64,000 nt of DNA, from assembly GCA_026981655.1 (NCBI GenBank), contig JALSIJ010000131.1:3217-67216 (forward strand), given 5' to 3'. Made by a program: the position numbers and the translations under genes. Origin of the DNA: Rhizobiaceae bacterium (GTDB lineage: Bacteria; Pseudomonadota; Alphaproteobacteria; Rhizobiales; Rhizobiaceae). Shown here piece by piece: positions 37,917-48,015 of this stretch (its first letter is position 1; each line of letters begins with the position of its first letter). A model generated the notes under the pieces. The model was not told the origin of the DNA, did no database searches, and was given only the letters and a program-made list of their open reading frames with translations.

Positions 37917-39401
37917 ATGAATTATACGCTTGGAATTGACATTGGCACTTTTGAATCCAAGGGTGTGCTGGTCGATGTAAATGGCAAAATTATTGCCTCG
38001 GCATCGCAACCGCATAAAATGCTGGTGCCACAACCTGGTTGGGCCGAACACCGGGCCGATGAGGATTGGTGGCATGATTTTTGCCAAATTTCCCAAAGCC
38101 TGCTGGCGCAATCCGGTATTGATTCTACTGATATAAAATGCGTTTCCTGCAGCGCCATTGGCCCCTGCATGTTGCCGGTTGATGGTGATGGCAAACCGCT
38201 CATGAATGCGGTGCTTTATGGGGTGGATGGCCGTGCGGCGCTTGAGATTGAGGAATTGACCTCGCGAATCGGCGAAGCGCGTATTTTGGAAAAATGCGGC
38301 AATGCACTGACCTCGCAATCGGTTGGTCCGAAGATTTTATGGCTTAAGCGGAACCGGCCGGAGCTTTATCAGAAAACCGCAAAATTCCTCACCTCGTCGT
38401 CCTATCTGGTGTTCAAACTAACCGGTGAAATGGTAATTGATCATCACACGGCCGCAGGCTTCAGTCCGCTTTATGATGCGGATAAACAGGCGTGGACCGA
38501 TGAACTTTCAGACGACATTATTCCGCTCGACAAGCTGCCAAAGCTGATGTGGACGACAGAAATTTCCGGGTATATTACTGATGCTGCATCTATTGAAACC
38601 GGGCTGGCCATTGGTACGCCGGTGACGACCGGTACGATTGATGCGGCTTCCGAAGCAATCAGTGTCGGGTTGCGCGCCAAGGGCGATATGATGATGATGT
38701 ATGGATCGACCATATTCATCATTACGCTCACTGAAAACCGGGTGCGTGACGGGCGCTTGTGGTATGCGCCCTGGCTTTATCCCGGTGGCCATGCCTCGAT
38801 GGCGGGGCTTGCGACCAGCGGCACGCTGACCCATTGGTTCCGTGATCAATTTGCCCGCGAGCTTACCAAGGAGGAGGCGTTTCCGGTGCTTGCACAAGAG
38901 GCGGAGGTCTCGCCGCCCGGTGCCAAAGGCCTGTTGCTTTTGCCATATTTTTCCGGTGAGCGCACGCCCATTCACGATACCAATGCATCGGGTACATTTT
39001 TCGGGCTTAACCTCACCCATACGCGCGGAGATATGTATCGCGCTCTGTTGGAAGGCATTGCCTATGGCACCTGCCATGTGCTTCGAACCTACAAGCAGGT
39101 TGGTGAAACCCCATTGCGGCTTTTAGCCGTTGGTGGTGGTACAAAAAACCGGCTTTGGCTACAGGCGACCTCTGATATTGGCGGGTTGGATCAAATTATC
39201 TGCGAAAACACGTTTGGTGCATCTTTCGGTAATGCATTTTTGGCCGCATGTGCCATTGGCGCGGCAAAACCAGAAGACATAGACCGGTGGAACCCGGTTG
39301 CCTCCACCATTAGGGCTAAGGCAAATCCTGCCTACGAAAAGCAATATAAACTGTTCCGCAGGCTTTATGAGCAGACCAAGGATATTTCTGCGGAGTTATA
39401 A
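37917..39401 (+). CDS. FGGY-family carbohydrate kinase
   Basis: 494 aa. Has LGIDIGTFESKGVL at the N-terminus, and GGGTKNRLWLQ and FGNAFLAA near the C-terminus. Confidence 0.88.
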   Translation: MNYTLGIDIGTFESKGVLVDVNGKIIASASQPHKMLVPQPGWAEHRADEDWWHDFCQISQSLLAQSGIDSTDIKCVSCSAIGPCMLPVDGDGKPLMNAVLYGVDGRAALEIEELTSRIGEARILEKCGNALTSQSVGPKILWLKRNRPELYQKTAKFLTSSSYLVFKLTGEMVIDHHTAAGFSPLYDADKQAWTDELSDDIIPLDKLPKLMWTTEISGYITDAASIETGLAIGTPVTTGTIDAASEAISVGLRAKGDMMMMYGSTIFIITLTENRVRDGRLWYAPWLYPGGHASMAGLATSGTLTHWFRDQFARELTKEEAFPVLAQEAEVSPPGAKGLLLLPYFSGERTPIHDTNASGTFFGLNLTHTRGDMYRALLEGIAYGTCHVLRTYKQVGETPLRLLAVGGGTKNRLWLQATSDIGGLDQIICENTFGASFGNAFLAACAIGAAKPEDIDRWNPVASTIRAKANPAYEKQYKLFRRLYEQTKDISAEL

Positions 39402-39415
39402 GAATAATTTATTTA

Positions 39416-39500
39416 GGCCGCGAAGAGCGGCCCGGCGCTTATGCGCCGCGTTCGCGCAGGCCCGTGCGAAGCAAGGAACAGCCGTGAGCGAAAGAAGCGC
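39416..39500 (+). repeat. Structured intergenic repeat, copy A (plus orientation)
   Basis: Hairpins GGCCGC-gaaga-GCGGCC (39416-39432) and CGGCGC-ttat-GCGCCG (39433-39448). Core GCCGTGAGCGAA at 39481-39492. It fills the spacer between the convergent FGGY kinase and ABC permease genes. Confidence 0.7.
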
Positions 39501-39502
39501 CT

Positions 39503-40423
39503 TTATTTACCGGCACCCGATGCCATGCCCTTGATGATATAACGCTCAAGCACAATGCCGATAACGACCAGTGGAAAGATTGCAGCGCCGGAGAGGGCTG
39601 CCATCGACCACCAGTTTATACCTTGAGAACCGGTTTGGCTGGCGACCATGACGGGCAGGGTTTTTGCTTCTGTACTGGTTAAGAGGGCGGCGAAAAAATA
39701 TTCATTCCAGGTCAGCACCAGCGACAGGATAAAGGCCGCGACCAGCCCCGGCAAAGCAATCGGCAAAACGATCGTAAAGAACGAGCCCCAGACTGAAAGA
39801 CCATCCACCAGAGCTGCCTCTTCTACTTCCACTGGAATTGCGGCGAACTGATCGCGCATGATCCAGATGACAATTGGTAATACAGTCAGCGCATAAAGCA
39901 GGATTAGGCCAATGTGGGTATCGAGTAAGTCCAGTTCCTTGTATAAAACCAGAAAGGGCAGGGCCAGCACCACCGGCGGGAGGATGAGCTGGCTGAGGAA
40001 AAAGAACGAAATATCCGGATTGCGCATGAAACCGAATTTATAATTGAAACGCGAAAGGCCGTAAGCGGCGAAAGAACCCAGCACCAGCGCCAGAGAGGAT
40101 GAGCCTAACGCCGCATAGGCGGAGTTAACGATGCGTTTGACAAATTCTTCGCGAACAGTGGATTCCAGTCCGATTGTTGCAGGCGACATGCCAAGCGATT
40201 TCCAGCCCAGCCATTTGGGCGTGTAATCCCACCAGGGGATCATATTGCCACGCATCACATCGGGGGCGATTTTAAATGATGTCGTAATCGTCCAGTAAAT
40301 TGGAAACAGGCAAATAATCGTCCAGAAAATCAATATTCCATAGATCACAATGCGCTTGCTCAACCACTTTGTTTTGTGGCTAAGATCGCTCTGACTATCG
40401 TGAAATATTTGCGTTTCCGCCAT
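39503..40423 (-). CDS. Carbohydrate ABC transporter permease (MalG/UgpE-like)
   Basis: 306-aa polytopic ORF. The EAALVDG segment matches the EAA loop of binding-protein-dependent permeases. Confidence 0.88.
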   Translation of the reverse strand: MAETQIFHDSQSDLSHKTKWLSKRIVIYGILIFWTIICLFPIYWTITTSFKIAPDVMRGNMIPWWDYTPKWLGWKSLGMSPATIGLESTVREEFVKRIVNSAYAALGSSSLALVLGSFAAYGLSRFNYKFGFMRNPDISFFFLSQLILPPVVLALPFLVLYKELDLLDTHIGLILLYALTVLPIVIWIMRDQFAAIPVEVEEAALVDGLSVWGSFFTIVLPIALPGLVAAFILSLVLTWNEYFFAALLTSTEAKTLPVMVASQTGSQGINWWSMAALSGAAIFPLVVIGIVLERYIIKGMASGAGK

Positions 40424-40456
40424 TATTTAACTTTCTGCACGTGGCACCATTCGGTG

Positions 40457-41563
40457 TTAATATCTCGGGTTCATCCAGCGGTCGACCAGCTTCATAAAAA
40501 TGGTAATCGCAATGACAATCAGCACCAGATAAACCATTGCCAGCAGCGTGCCATAACCGACATTGGAGCGGTCGCGGTATTCGCGGAATATAAAGCTGGT
40601 AACGGAATCGGTGGCGCCCCCCGGCCCCCCGGATGTTACATTGATGATGATGTCGGCAAGTTTTAGTTTGAAGATGATGCGGATTAAAATTGCGGTGATC
40701 GAAATTGGCAGCATCAGCGGGAATGTAACCTGCCAAAAGGCCTGCCAGGGCGATGCGCCATCAACAATGGCAGCTTCTTTTACTTCCTTTGGAATGGCCT
40801 GAAGGCCGGCCAAAATCATGATCATCATGAAGGGAATAAAGGTCCATGCATCCATGATCATAATGGTGGACCGAGCGATTTCTGCTGAACCAAAGAAGGA
40901 CGGGTTTTCCCAACCGAGCCAGCGGGCAAGGCGGGCCAGGGGGCCAAACCGAACCTCCAGCATGGATTTGCCAACCATCCATGAAACGGCAACAGGTGAA
41001 AGCATCAGCGGCATCAGGAACGCAACGCGAAAGAACTTTTGGGCGCGGATTTCAGAATTTAGTATCAATGCCAGCCCAAACGCGATGGCATATTCGACAA
41101 TGATTGCCAGCGTATAATAGACCATGTTTTTAAGTGCGTTCCAGTAGAACGGGTCGGCCCACATTTGCCGGACATTATCCAGCCCGTTGAACTTTCGTCC
41201 ATCCAGCGAGGCAAGGTTCCAGTCTGAAAATGAAATGGACAGGCCAAACAATAGCGGGAAAACCACCATTGAGACGACGAATAAAACGGCTGGTAGCACA
41301 AACAGCGCGCGCTTGCCCTGTTCGCCGCGAATGATAACCTGTGATGCGCAAAGACAAATGGCCCATAAAATATAGGCATAGAGAACCGGCCGCCAATTGT
41401 CGAAACCAAATGAGGTTTTCTCATATTCAAATAGGGTTTGAACAAGCACAATGGCCAAAAATAATCCGGCTGAACCCCAAACCAAAAAGCGCCCGAAGGC
41501 TGCGCGACGGGGGGTAATATGGTCAGATGTGACCACATGGAGAAGATCTGCCTGGCTGTTCAT
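40457..41563 (-). CDS. Carbohydrate ABC transporter permease (MalF/UgpA-like)
   Basis: 368-aa polytopic ORF with an EAA-loop-like EAAIVDGASPWQAFWQVTFP. Confidence 0.88.
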   Translation of the reverse strand: MNSQADLLHVVTSDHITPRRAAFGRFLVWGSAGLFLAIVLVQTLFEYEKTSFGFDNWRPVLYAYILWAICLCASQVIIRGEQGKRALFVLPAVLFVVSMVVFPLLFGLSISFSDWNLASLDGRKFNGLDNVRQMWADPFYWNALKNMVYYTLAIIVEYAIAFGLALILNSEIRAQKFFRVAFLMPLMLSPVAVSWMVGKSMLEVRFGPLARLARWLGWENPSFFGSAEIARSTIMIMDAWTFIPFMMIMILAGLQAIPKEVKEAAIVDGASPWQAFWQVTFPLMLPISITAILIRIIFKLKLADIIINVTSGGPGGATDSVTSFIFREYRDRSNVGYGTLLAMVYLVLIVIAITIFMKLVDRWMNPRY

Positions 41564-41637
41564 TTACAGTGTAATTTTCTAAAATGTTGGAAAAGAACCG
41601 GCGACTGCTCGCCGGTCCTGAATTGTTTGGATATTGA

Positions 41638-43323
41638 TCACATGCCAAGTGACGATTTATAGAGTTTCGTCTGGCTTTCACGGCCAATCTGGTCGGTGAT
41701 TTTATCCCAAGCGGCTGCAATCGCATCCGCACCTTCCTGTGCCGATTTGTATTGGCCGGCATAGATTTTGGCCAATTCATCTTCCGCTACTGAATAATAT
41801 TGGAAGATGCCCGGAATGCGTGGTTCAATTGCCGCATTCGGATGGTTGTAGCTGTCAGCTTCAGATGCGAGATAATCCTTGATGAACGCCTCATCATAGC
41901 CTGCGCCAACCCATTCGGAAATATTGAAATGTGATTTCCGGTATGGCTGGAAACCGGATGGATAGGCAGATGCCCAAAGCGACAGGTCTTTTCCGCCAAG
42001 GTGAGCGGCAGCCGACCAGGCGGCCTTGTGCTTCTTGGCATCAGAATCTACCCGCGCCATCACATAAACACCCCAGCCGATATAGGCCATGTTTGGTGCA
42101 TAATTCGGGCCGGAAGATAGTGTTTCCCACTTGCTTTCCTTGTGGTTCCAAACGTCGTCAGAACCAGGCAGAATAGAGAAACCTGTCACGTCACCCACCA
42201 CGGAAGTATCCGATGTTTTAGCGCTTGAACCGATGTCGCCCCACCAGCTTAACATAGAGCCGGTGCCGGCAAGAAACTGTTGGAAGCCGGTTGTGCCAGG
42301 GTCTGCATTGATCTGGTCGGTTGGCTGTGTATCCAACACATCCAACACATCCTGAATGGCGCGAACCCATGCGGCATTGTTAACGCGCGGAGACATATCT
42401 TCCGGGTTAAACAACCATGCGGGATCATCTGGATGTTTGGCGTAAGCCGTTGCACGCGATGCCAGGAAGTAGAAGCCAAAGCCGCCCCAGCCCTTCAGAG
42501 GGTCAAGATAACCGTGGGCAGCAAGACCAGAAAGCGGGTCTTTTTTGCCCTTCAGGAATTTGGTGACCTCCTGAACTTTTTGCCAGGTTGCTGGCACTTC
42601 CCATTCGCCCTTGTGACCTTCCGCCTTCCAGGCGGCGGCAAAATCTGCATTGGAGAAATAGTCGGTGCGGTAGTTGAAATTATGGCAATCACCATCAATT
42701 GAGACCCGGTAGGTTTTGCCACCCCAGGTGCCAACCGGATCTTTCAGGTAATCAACATAGTCATCCATATCAATGACCTTTTTAACCCAGTCTGGCATCT
42801 CGGAGGCAAGGCCGCGGCCTGTTACATCGCCTTCAAATGGCGCACCCATTTCGATGATGTCGAAATCAACGGTTTTGGTGGCGATAGACTGTTGCAGGCG
42901 GGCGTTATAATCGGCCTGAGCCAGGTCAACCCAGTTGATTTTTGCCCCGGTATATTTTTCCCACGGCTTAAGGAAGCCACGGAACAAAAAGTTATGCAGG
43001 TTCTGGTTGTTGAGGCCCATAAATGTAAGCTCAACTCCGGCGAACTCGCCTTCTTTGACAATTTCTTTTGTCGGACCGAGGGTCATTTCTCCAACCTTTT
43101 GCCAATCGGCATCAGAAGGTGAACCTTTGCCAACGCCCGGAATTTTCAAAATGGCGGCGCGAAGGGCAGCACCCTCATGTGCGGCAGACCAGGCGGGACT
43201 TGTGCCCATTGCGACACTAAAACCACCGGCAGCTGCAATCGCGCCTGCACTTGCGGCACCTTTGAGCATGTTTCGGCGGCTCATTTGCGCCTGCACGATT
43301 TGATTATATAATTTAACCTTCAT
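41638..43323 (-). CDS. Extracellular solute-binding protein (family 1-like, unusually long) with a Tat-type signal
   Basis: 561 aa. A GGGAGGA Shine-Dalgarno precedes the ATG at 43323. The signal is SRRNMLKGAASAGAIAAAGGFSVAMG. Confidence 0.85.
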   Translation of the reverse strand: MKVKLYNQIVQAQMSRRNMLKGAASAGAIAAAGGFSVAMGTSPAWSAAHEGAALRAAILKIPGVGKGSPSDADWQKVGEMTLGPTKEIVKEGEFAGVELTFMGLNNQNLHNFLFRGFLKPWEKYTGAKINWVDLAQADYNARLQQSIATKTVDFDIIEMGAPFEGDVTGRGLASEMPDWVKKVIDMDDYVDYLKDPVGTWGGKTYRVSIDGDCHNFNYRTDYFSNADFAAAWKAEGHKGEWEVPATWQKVQEVTKFLKGKKDPLSGLAAHGYLDPLKGWGGFGFYFLASRATAYAKHPDDPAWLFNPEDMSPRVNNAAWVRAIQDVLDVLDTQPTDQINADPGTTGFQQFLAGTGSMLSWWGDIGSSAKTSDTSVVGDVTGFSILPGSDDVWNHKESKWETLSSGPNYAPNMAYIGWGVYVMARVDSDAKKHKAAWSAAAHLGGKDLSLWASAYPSGFQPYRKSHFNISEWVGAGYDEAFIKDYLASEADSYNHPNAAIEPRIPGIFQYYSVAEDELAKIYAGQYKSAQEGADAIAAAWDKITDQIGRESQTKLYKSSLGM

Positions 43324-43497
43324 AGATATTCCTCCCAGTTACTATTGTTACAATCTGAGGCTTCGCTTGTGTGCAAATGACTGGTGCTAAATTAGCCAAT
43401 TGGGGTGTGAAATGCGAAGTGCATCACTCTAAATTGTGGCGAGGGATGCCAGACTAATATATTAATAGTTTCAGTGTTATCCCCGCTTGTCAAGCGT

Positions 43498-43509
43498 CTA
43501 ACATGTTAG
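43498..43509. promoter_or_regulatory. Perfect 12-bp palindrome CTAACATGTTAG, candidate GntR-family operator in the divergent sugar-ABC promoter region
   Basis: An identical 12-mer recurs at 48752-48763 next to the GntR gene start. Here it is preceded by TTGTCA (43488-43493). The other site, read on the opposite strand, is preceded by TTGACA. Confidence 0.55.
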
Positions 43510-43591
43510 TAAGGTCGATGGCTCGACCACCGGTGATGGATTAGAAGTTATTGGGTATCCAGCGCCAAAATTATTATAAAACGGGGGCAAA

Positions 43592-44653
43592 ATGGCCGAA
43601 GTAACCATACGCGGTATTCGAAAAAATTATGGGGCGCTTGAGGTGCTTCATGGTTTTGATGTGGATATTGCGGATGGTGAATTTGTCGTGCTTGTGGGGC
43701 CATCAGGGTGTGGTAAATCCACACTATTACGCATGATTGCCGGGCTTGAGGCGATAACATCCGGGACAATTCAACTGGGTGACCGGGTGGTGAATAATCT
43801 GCCACCGGCTGAGCGGGATATTGCGATGGTTTTCCAAAACTATGCGCTTTATCCGCATAAAACGGTCGCCGCCAATATGGCTTTTTCCTTACGTATGCGC
43901 GGAATGGATAAAAAAGAAATTAAGGCACGTGTGGACAATGCTGCTGGAATTTTGGGGCTTGAACCCTATCTTGATCGCTATCCGCGCGCGCTTTCCGGCG
44001 GGCAAAGGCAGAGGGTTGCCATGGGTCGGGCAATTGTTCGTGACCCTCAGGTATTTTTGTTCGATGAGCCCTTGTCAAATCTCGATGCCAAATTACGTGT
44101 GCAGATGCGCAGCGAAATTCGCGCCCTGCATCAGCGGCTTCGTACAACGATGGTTTATGTGACCCATGATCAGGTTGAAGCGATGACAATGGCCGACAAA
44201 ATCGTGGTGATGCAGGATGGCTATATTGAGCAAATCGGCTCGCCGCTGGAACTCTATGATTATCCGGTCAATAAATTTGTTGCAAGTTTTATCGGCTCGC
44301 CGTCAATGAACCTTTTGGACGGTGTTGTTCGCAGGGGAGACGTGTTTGAGGTTGAAATATACGGGGTTCGTATTGCCTGTCGCGATATAGATGGACTTGA
44401 TGAAGGACAAAATGTGACCCTTGGAGTGCGGCCTGAACATCTGGAAATATCTGATAGCGGCATAGGTGCAACTGTTTCGCTGGTGGAACCCACCGGGGCC
44501 GAAACCCATGTGATCATGAAATTCGGCGACCAGGATATTGTTGCGGTATTTAAAGAGCGTCACAATTTTAAACCGGGCCAGGATATTTTCCTAACGGTAA
44601 AGCCGGAATTTGTTCATATTTTCGATGGAGAAAGTGGCAAACGCCTGTCTTAA
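43592..44653 (+). CDS. Sugar ABC transporter ATP-binding protein (UgpC/MalK-like)
   Basis: 353 aa. Has GPSGCGKST, LSGGQRQRVAMGRA and LFDEPLSNLD, plus a C-terminal regulatory/TOBE-like region. Confidence 0.92.
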   Translation: MAEVTIRGIRKNYGALEVLHGFDVDIADGEFVVLVGPSGCGKSTLLRMIAGLEAITSGTIQLGDRVVNNLPPAERDIAMVFQNYALYPHKTVAANMAFSLRMRGMDKKEIKARVDNAAGILGLEPYLDRYPRALSGGQRQRVAMGRAIVRDPQVFLFDEPLSNLDAKLRVQMRSEIRALHQRLRTTMVYVTHDQVEAMTMADKIVVMQDGYIEQIGSPLELYDYPVNKFVASFIGSPSMNLLDGVVRRGDVFEVEIYGVRIACRDIDGLDEGQNVTLGVRPEHLEISDSGIGATVSLVEPTGAETHVIMKFGDQDIVAVFKERHNFKPGQDIFLTVKPEFVHIFDGESGKRLS

Positions 44654-44695
44654 TGTTACGTCTTAGGACTGTTGAACTATTTGAGGAGAAGCAAA

Positions 44696-45154
44696 ATGCT
44701 GAAAGGAATTGATCCGAGATTGAACGCGGATGTGCTTTATGCGCTGCGATCAATGGGGCACGGGGATGTGTTGATCATTGCGGATACTAATTTCCCCTCG
44801 CACTCGGTTGCCAGTGAAACCACATTCGGTGAATTGCTGCGCATGGATAATTTGACGTCGGCCGAGGCGATAGGGGCCGTGTTATCTGTTATGCCACTGG
44901 ATACTTTTGTCGATGATTTTGCCGGTCGAATGGAAGTTGTCGATGCGCCCGATGAGGTGCCGCAAGTGCAGCAGGAAGTTCAGGAAGCAATTAATCATGC
45001 CGAAGGTGCCGAGCGAAAGATGGTCTCTATTGAGCGGTTTGCCTTTTATGACATGGCCCGGGAAGCCTACGCCGTAATCCAGACCGGAGAGCGGCGGTTT
45101 TACGGCTGCTTCATGTTGCGCAAAGGGGTCATTCCTCCTGAAGAAATGAGTTAG
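44696..45154 (+). CDS. RbsD/FucU family sugar mutarotase/pyranase
   Basis: 152 aa from the ATG at 44696 with a GAGGAG Shine-Dalgarno. Has MLKGIDPRLNADVLYALRSMGHGDVLIIADTNFP. Confidence 0.85.
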   Translation: MLKGIDPRLNADVLYALRSMGHGDVLIIADTNFPSHSVASETTFGELLRMDNLTSAEAIGAVLSVMPLDTFVDDFAGRMEVVDAPDEVPQVQQEVQEAINHAEGAERKMVSIERFAFYDMAREAYAVIQTGERRFYGCFMLRKGVIPPEEMS

Positions 45155-45158
45155 ATAT

Positions 45159-46082
45159 ATGGCTGGTGAAATTGTAATTCTCGGGGTTTTCGTTGCCGAT
45201 ACCAGCTATCGGGCGGATCGTCCGCCTGAAATGGGCGAAACCATAATGGGCAATTCTTTTGCGCTCGGGCCGGGCGGTAAGGGTTCCAATCAGGCGGTTG
45301 CTGCTGCGATGGCCGGAGGTGATGTTCATTTCCTGTCGAAACTTGGTAAAGATCCATTTGCTGATATGGCATTGGACATATGGAAAAAAGCCGGGGTTAC
45401 GCCGCAGGTCAGTCACCATTCTGACAGCTATACCGGGGCTGCATACATTTTTATTGAAGAGGCTAGTGGCAACAACGCAATCATTGTTTGTCCGGGAGTG
45501 GCCGGAACTATTTCGCCAGCTGATATAGATAAAAATGCTGATCTGATTGCCAATGCGGCGATTTTTGTAACCCAGCTTGAACAGCCGCTTGATGCGGCGT
45601 TGCACGCGTTGCAGATAGCAAAAAATGGTGGCGCAAAGACCATTCTTAATCCGGCACCGGTAACGGATTTACCGGGGGGTATGTTGGCGCTTTGCGATTA
45701 TGTGACACCCAATGAGACCGAGACCGAGGGCATTACCGGCATTGCCGTTCATTCGGTGGAGGATGCAAAAAAGGCGGCGCTTGCCCTGCTTGAAAAAGGT
45801 GTGGGGGCGGCGGTCATTACGCTAGGCGAAAATGGTGTACTTTACCGTGACCGCGAGCAGGTGGTTCATGTGCCGGCAATTATTGCCGGACCAGTGGTGG
45901 AAACAACAGGTGCGGGGGATGCCTTCAACGGTGGCTTTGCAACGGCGCTTTCCCGGGGTTTTTCGCCTATTGAAGCGGTGAAATTTGGCTGCGCGACAGC
46001 CGGAATTTCTGTTACCCGTGCAGGCACAGCCCCTTCGATGCCCGCGTTGAATGAGATTGAAGAATTACTGGCCAAAACTTAA
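45159..46082 (+). CDS. PfkB-family sugar kinase (ribokinase-like)
   Basis: 307 aa. Has GPGGKGSNQAVAAA and TTGAGDAFNGGF motifs. Confidence 0.85.
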   Translation: MAGEIVILGVFVADTSYRADRPPEMGETIMGNSFALGPGGKGSNQAVAAAMAGGDVHFLSKLGKDPFADMALDIWKKAGVTPQVSHHSDSYTGAAYIFIEEASGNNAIIVCPGVAGTISPADIDKNADLIANAAIFVTQLEQPLDAALHALQIAKNGGAKTILNPAPVTDLPGGMLALCDYVTPNETETEGITGIAVHSVEDAKKAALALLEKGVGAAVITLGENGVLYRDREQVVHVPAIIAGPVVETTGAGDAFNGGFATALSRGFSPIEAVKFGCATAGISVTRAGTAPSMPALNEIEELLAKT

Positions 46083-46097
46083 ATTGAGGAGCAGCTT

Positions 46098-47135
46098 ATG
46101 ACGCTGAAAACACGGCATTGGGACAGGCTTGAAAATGGTGGTGTTAGTTTCACCGAACTTGGCATGGGCACTGCCCCGCTTGGAAACCTTTATCGGGCGA
46201 TTAGCGATGAGGAAGCCCACAATGTACTGACCTTGGCATGGGATGCGGGCATCCGCTATTTTGATACAGCACCGCTTTATGGATTCGGGCTTTCGGAAAC
46301 CCGGGTCAATCGTTTTTTGCGCGGCAAGCCCCGCGATGAATATATTTTGTCCACCAAGGTCGGCCGGTTGTTAAAAGCCGCCACAGCTGAAACCCGTGAC
46401 GGTATTGGCAAATGGTTCGATGTTCCCAATCGTAAAGAGGTTTATGATTATGGCTATGACGGGGTCATGCGCTCGGTTGAATTTTCGCTGGAGCGGTTGG
46501 GTGTTGAGAGGATAGATATTCTCTATGCTCATGATATTGATTTGGCCAATCATGGTTCGCAAGAAGTGTTGAATGAAAAATATAACGAGCTGATGGGCGG
46601 TGGCTACAAGGCACTGGTTGAATTGCGTGATCAGGGGGTTATCAAGGCCTTTGGGGCCGGTGTGAATGAATGGCAGCCTTGCCAATATCTGGCTGAACGG
46701 GGTGACTTTGATCTGTTTTTGCTGGCTGGTCGTTATACGTTGCTTGAGCAGGAGGCGCTCGACAGCTTTTTGCCGCTTTGTGAAGAGCGCGGCATCGGGA
46801 TAGTTATTGGTGGTGCCTATAATTCCGGCATATTGGCGACCGGGCCGGTTGAAGGGGCGTGGTTTGACTATGATATTGCGCCGGCTGAAATCCTTGAGCG
46901 GGTGGGGAGAATTCAAGCCGTATGTGAGGCGCATAATGTGCGTATGGTGGATGCTGCCTTTCAGTTTCCGCTTGCTCATCCAAGTGTGGTTTCTGTCATT
47001 CCCGGCGGGCAGGGGGTTGATGAAATGGTGTCGAATATTGAGGCCGCCAGGGCTGAAATTCCACCAGCCCTTTGGGCGCAGCTAAAGTCTGAGGGCTTAA
47101 TGCGCCAGGATGCACCGGTGAATGTCGGAGATTGA
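46098..47135 (+). CDS. Aldo/keto reductase (aldose 1-dehydrogenase-like)
   Basis: 345 aa. Has LGMGTAPLGNLY, IRYFDTAPLYG and an IDILYAHD pattern. Confidence 0.8.
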   Translation: MTLKTRHWDRLENGGVSFTELGMGTAPLGNLYRAISDEEAHNVLTLAWDAGIRYFDTAPLYGFGLSETRVNRFLRGKPRDEYILSTKVGRLLKAATAETRDGIGKWFDVPNRKEVYDYGYDGVMRSVEFSLERLGVERIDILYAHDIDLANHGSQEVLNEKYNELMGGGYKALVELRDQGVIKAFGAGVNEWQPCQYLAERGDFDLFLLAGRYTLLEQEALDSFLPLCEERGIGIVIGGAYNSGILATGPVEGAWFDYDIAPAEILERVGRIQAVCEAHNVRMVDAAFQFPLAHPSVVSVIPGGQGVDEMVSNIEAARAEIPPALWAQLKSEGLMRQDAPVNVGD

Positions 47136-47147
47136 GGCAATAATATT

Positions 47148-47996
47148 ATGGTTCAAATAGATGCCCACCAACATTACTGGCAGCCAAAGCGTGGTGATTA
47201 CGATTGGATGCCGATGGATAATAAGGTGCTGGCGCGCGCCTATGGACCTGAGGATCTGGCCCCGCATCTTGCCGCTCATGGAATTGAGAAAACCGTTTTG
47301 GTGCAGGCGGCGGCAACAATTTACGAGAGCGAATATATGCTTGGCCTAGCTGATGCAACGCCAAGTGTTGCCGGGGTGGTTGGCTGGGTGGATTTCGAAA
47401 AGCCCGATCATATTGAGCACTTAGAACGGCTTGCCGCACACCCCAAATTTTTGGGCGTTCGCCCGATGATACAAGATATTGCAGATGTGAACTGGATGTT
47501 ACGCGACGATGTGCAATGGGGATTTCAGGCAATCATTGATCTTGATTTAACTCTGGATGCTTTGGGCTTTCCTATTCATCTGGAGAACTTTCTTATATTG
47601 CTGGAACGCTATCCGACCATGCGGGTGGTGGTTGATCATTGCATGAAGCCGCAGATCAGGGATCATGCATCTAACCCGCAGGTGTATCAATTCTGGGCCG
47701 ATGGCATTAGCAAATTGGCCGAGCGCACCAATGCCTGCTGCAAATTTTCCGGTCTGGTAACCGAGGCAGCAGAGGGTTGGGTAATGGAAGACATTCGCCC
47801 CTTTGCCGAGCATATTATCGGCAGCTTTGGCGCGGACCGGGTGATGTGGGGATCCGACTGGCCGGTCTGTCAATTGCAGGCAAGCTATGATCAATGGCGG
47901 ATGTTGGCGACAATTCTCTGTGAAGAGTTGAGCGATCAGGAAAAAAAGAATATCTTTGGCGGAACGGCGGTACGATTTTACCGGCTTAACGTTTAA
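47148..47996 (+). CDS. Amidohydrolase-2 family protein (COG3618-type sugar lactonase, L-fucono-1,5-lactonase-like)
   Basis: 282 aa. Has N-terminal IDAHQHYW and C-terminal DRVMWGSDWP, the pattern I recall for COG3618 lactonases. Confidence 0.75.
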   Translation: MVQIDAHQHYWQPKRGDYDWMPMDNKVLARAYGPEDLAPHLAAHGIEKTVLVQAAATIYESEYMLGLADATPSVAGVVGWVDFEKPDHIEHLERLAAHPKFLGVRPMIQDIADVNWMLRDDVQWGFQAIIDLDLTLDALGFPIHLENFLILLERYPTMRVVVDHCMKPQIRDHASNPQVYQFWADGISKLAERTNACCKFSGLVTEAAEGWVMEDIRPFAEHIIGSFGADRVMWGSDWPVCQLQASYDQWRMLATILCEELSDQEKKNIFGGTAVRFYRLNV

Positions 47997-48015
47997 CTGG
48001 CGGTTTCAACAGTGT

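Noticed and set aside
43340-43440. A possible sixth copy of the intergenic repeat. GAGGCTTCGC resembles the starts of the sequences at 17545 and 51334, with a distal GCGAAG inverted match.
   Set aside because: The similarity is limited to about 10 nt, and the GCCGTGAGCGAA core and the paired hairpins are absent.
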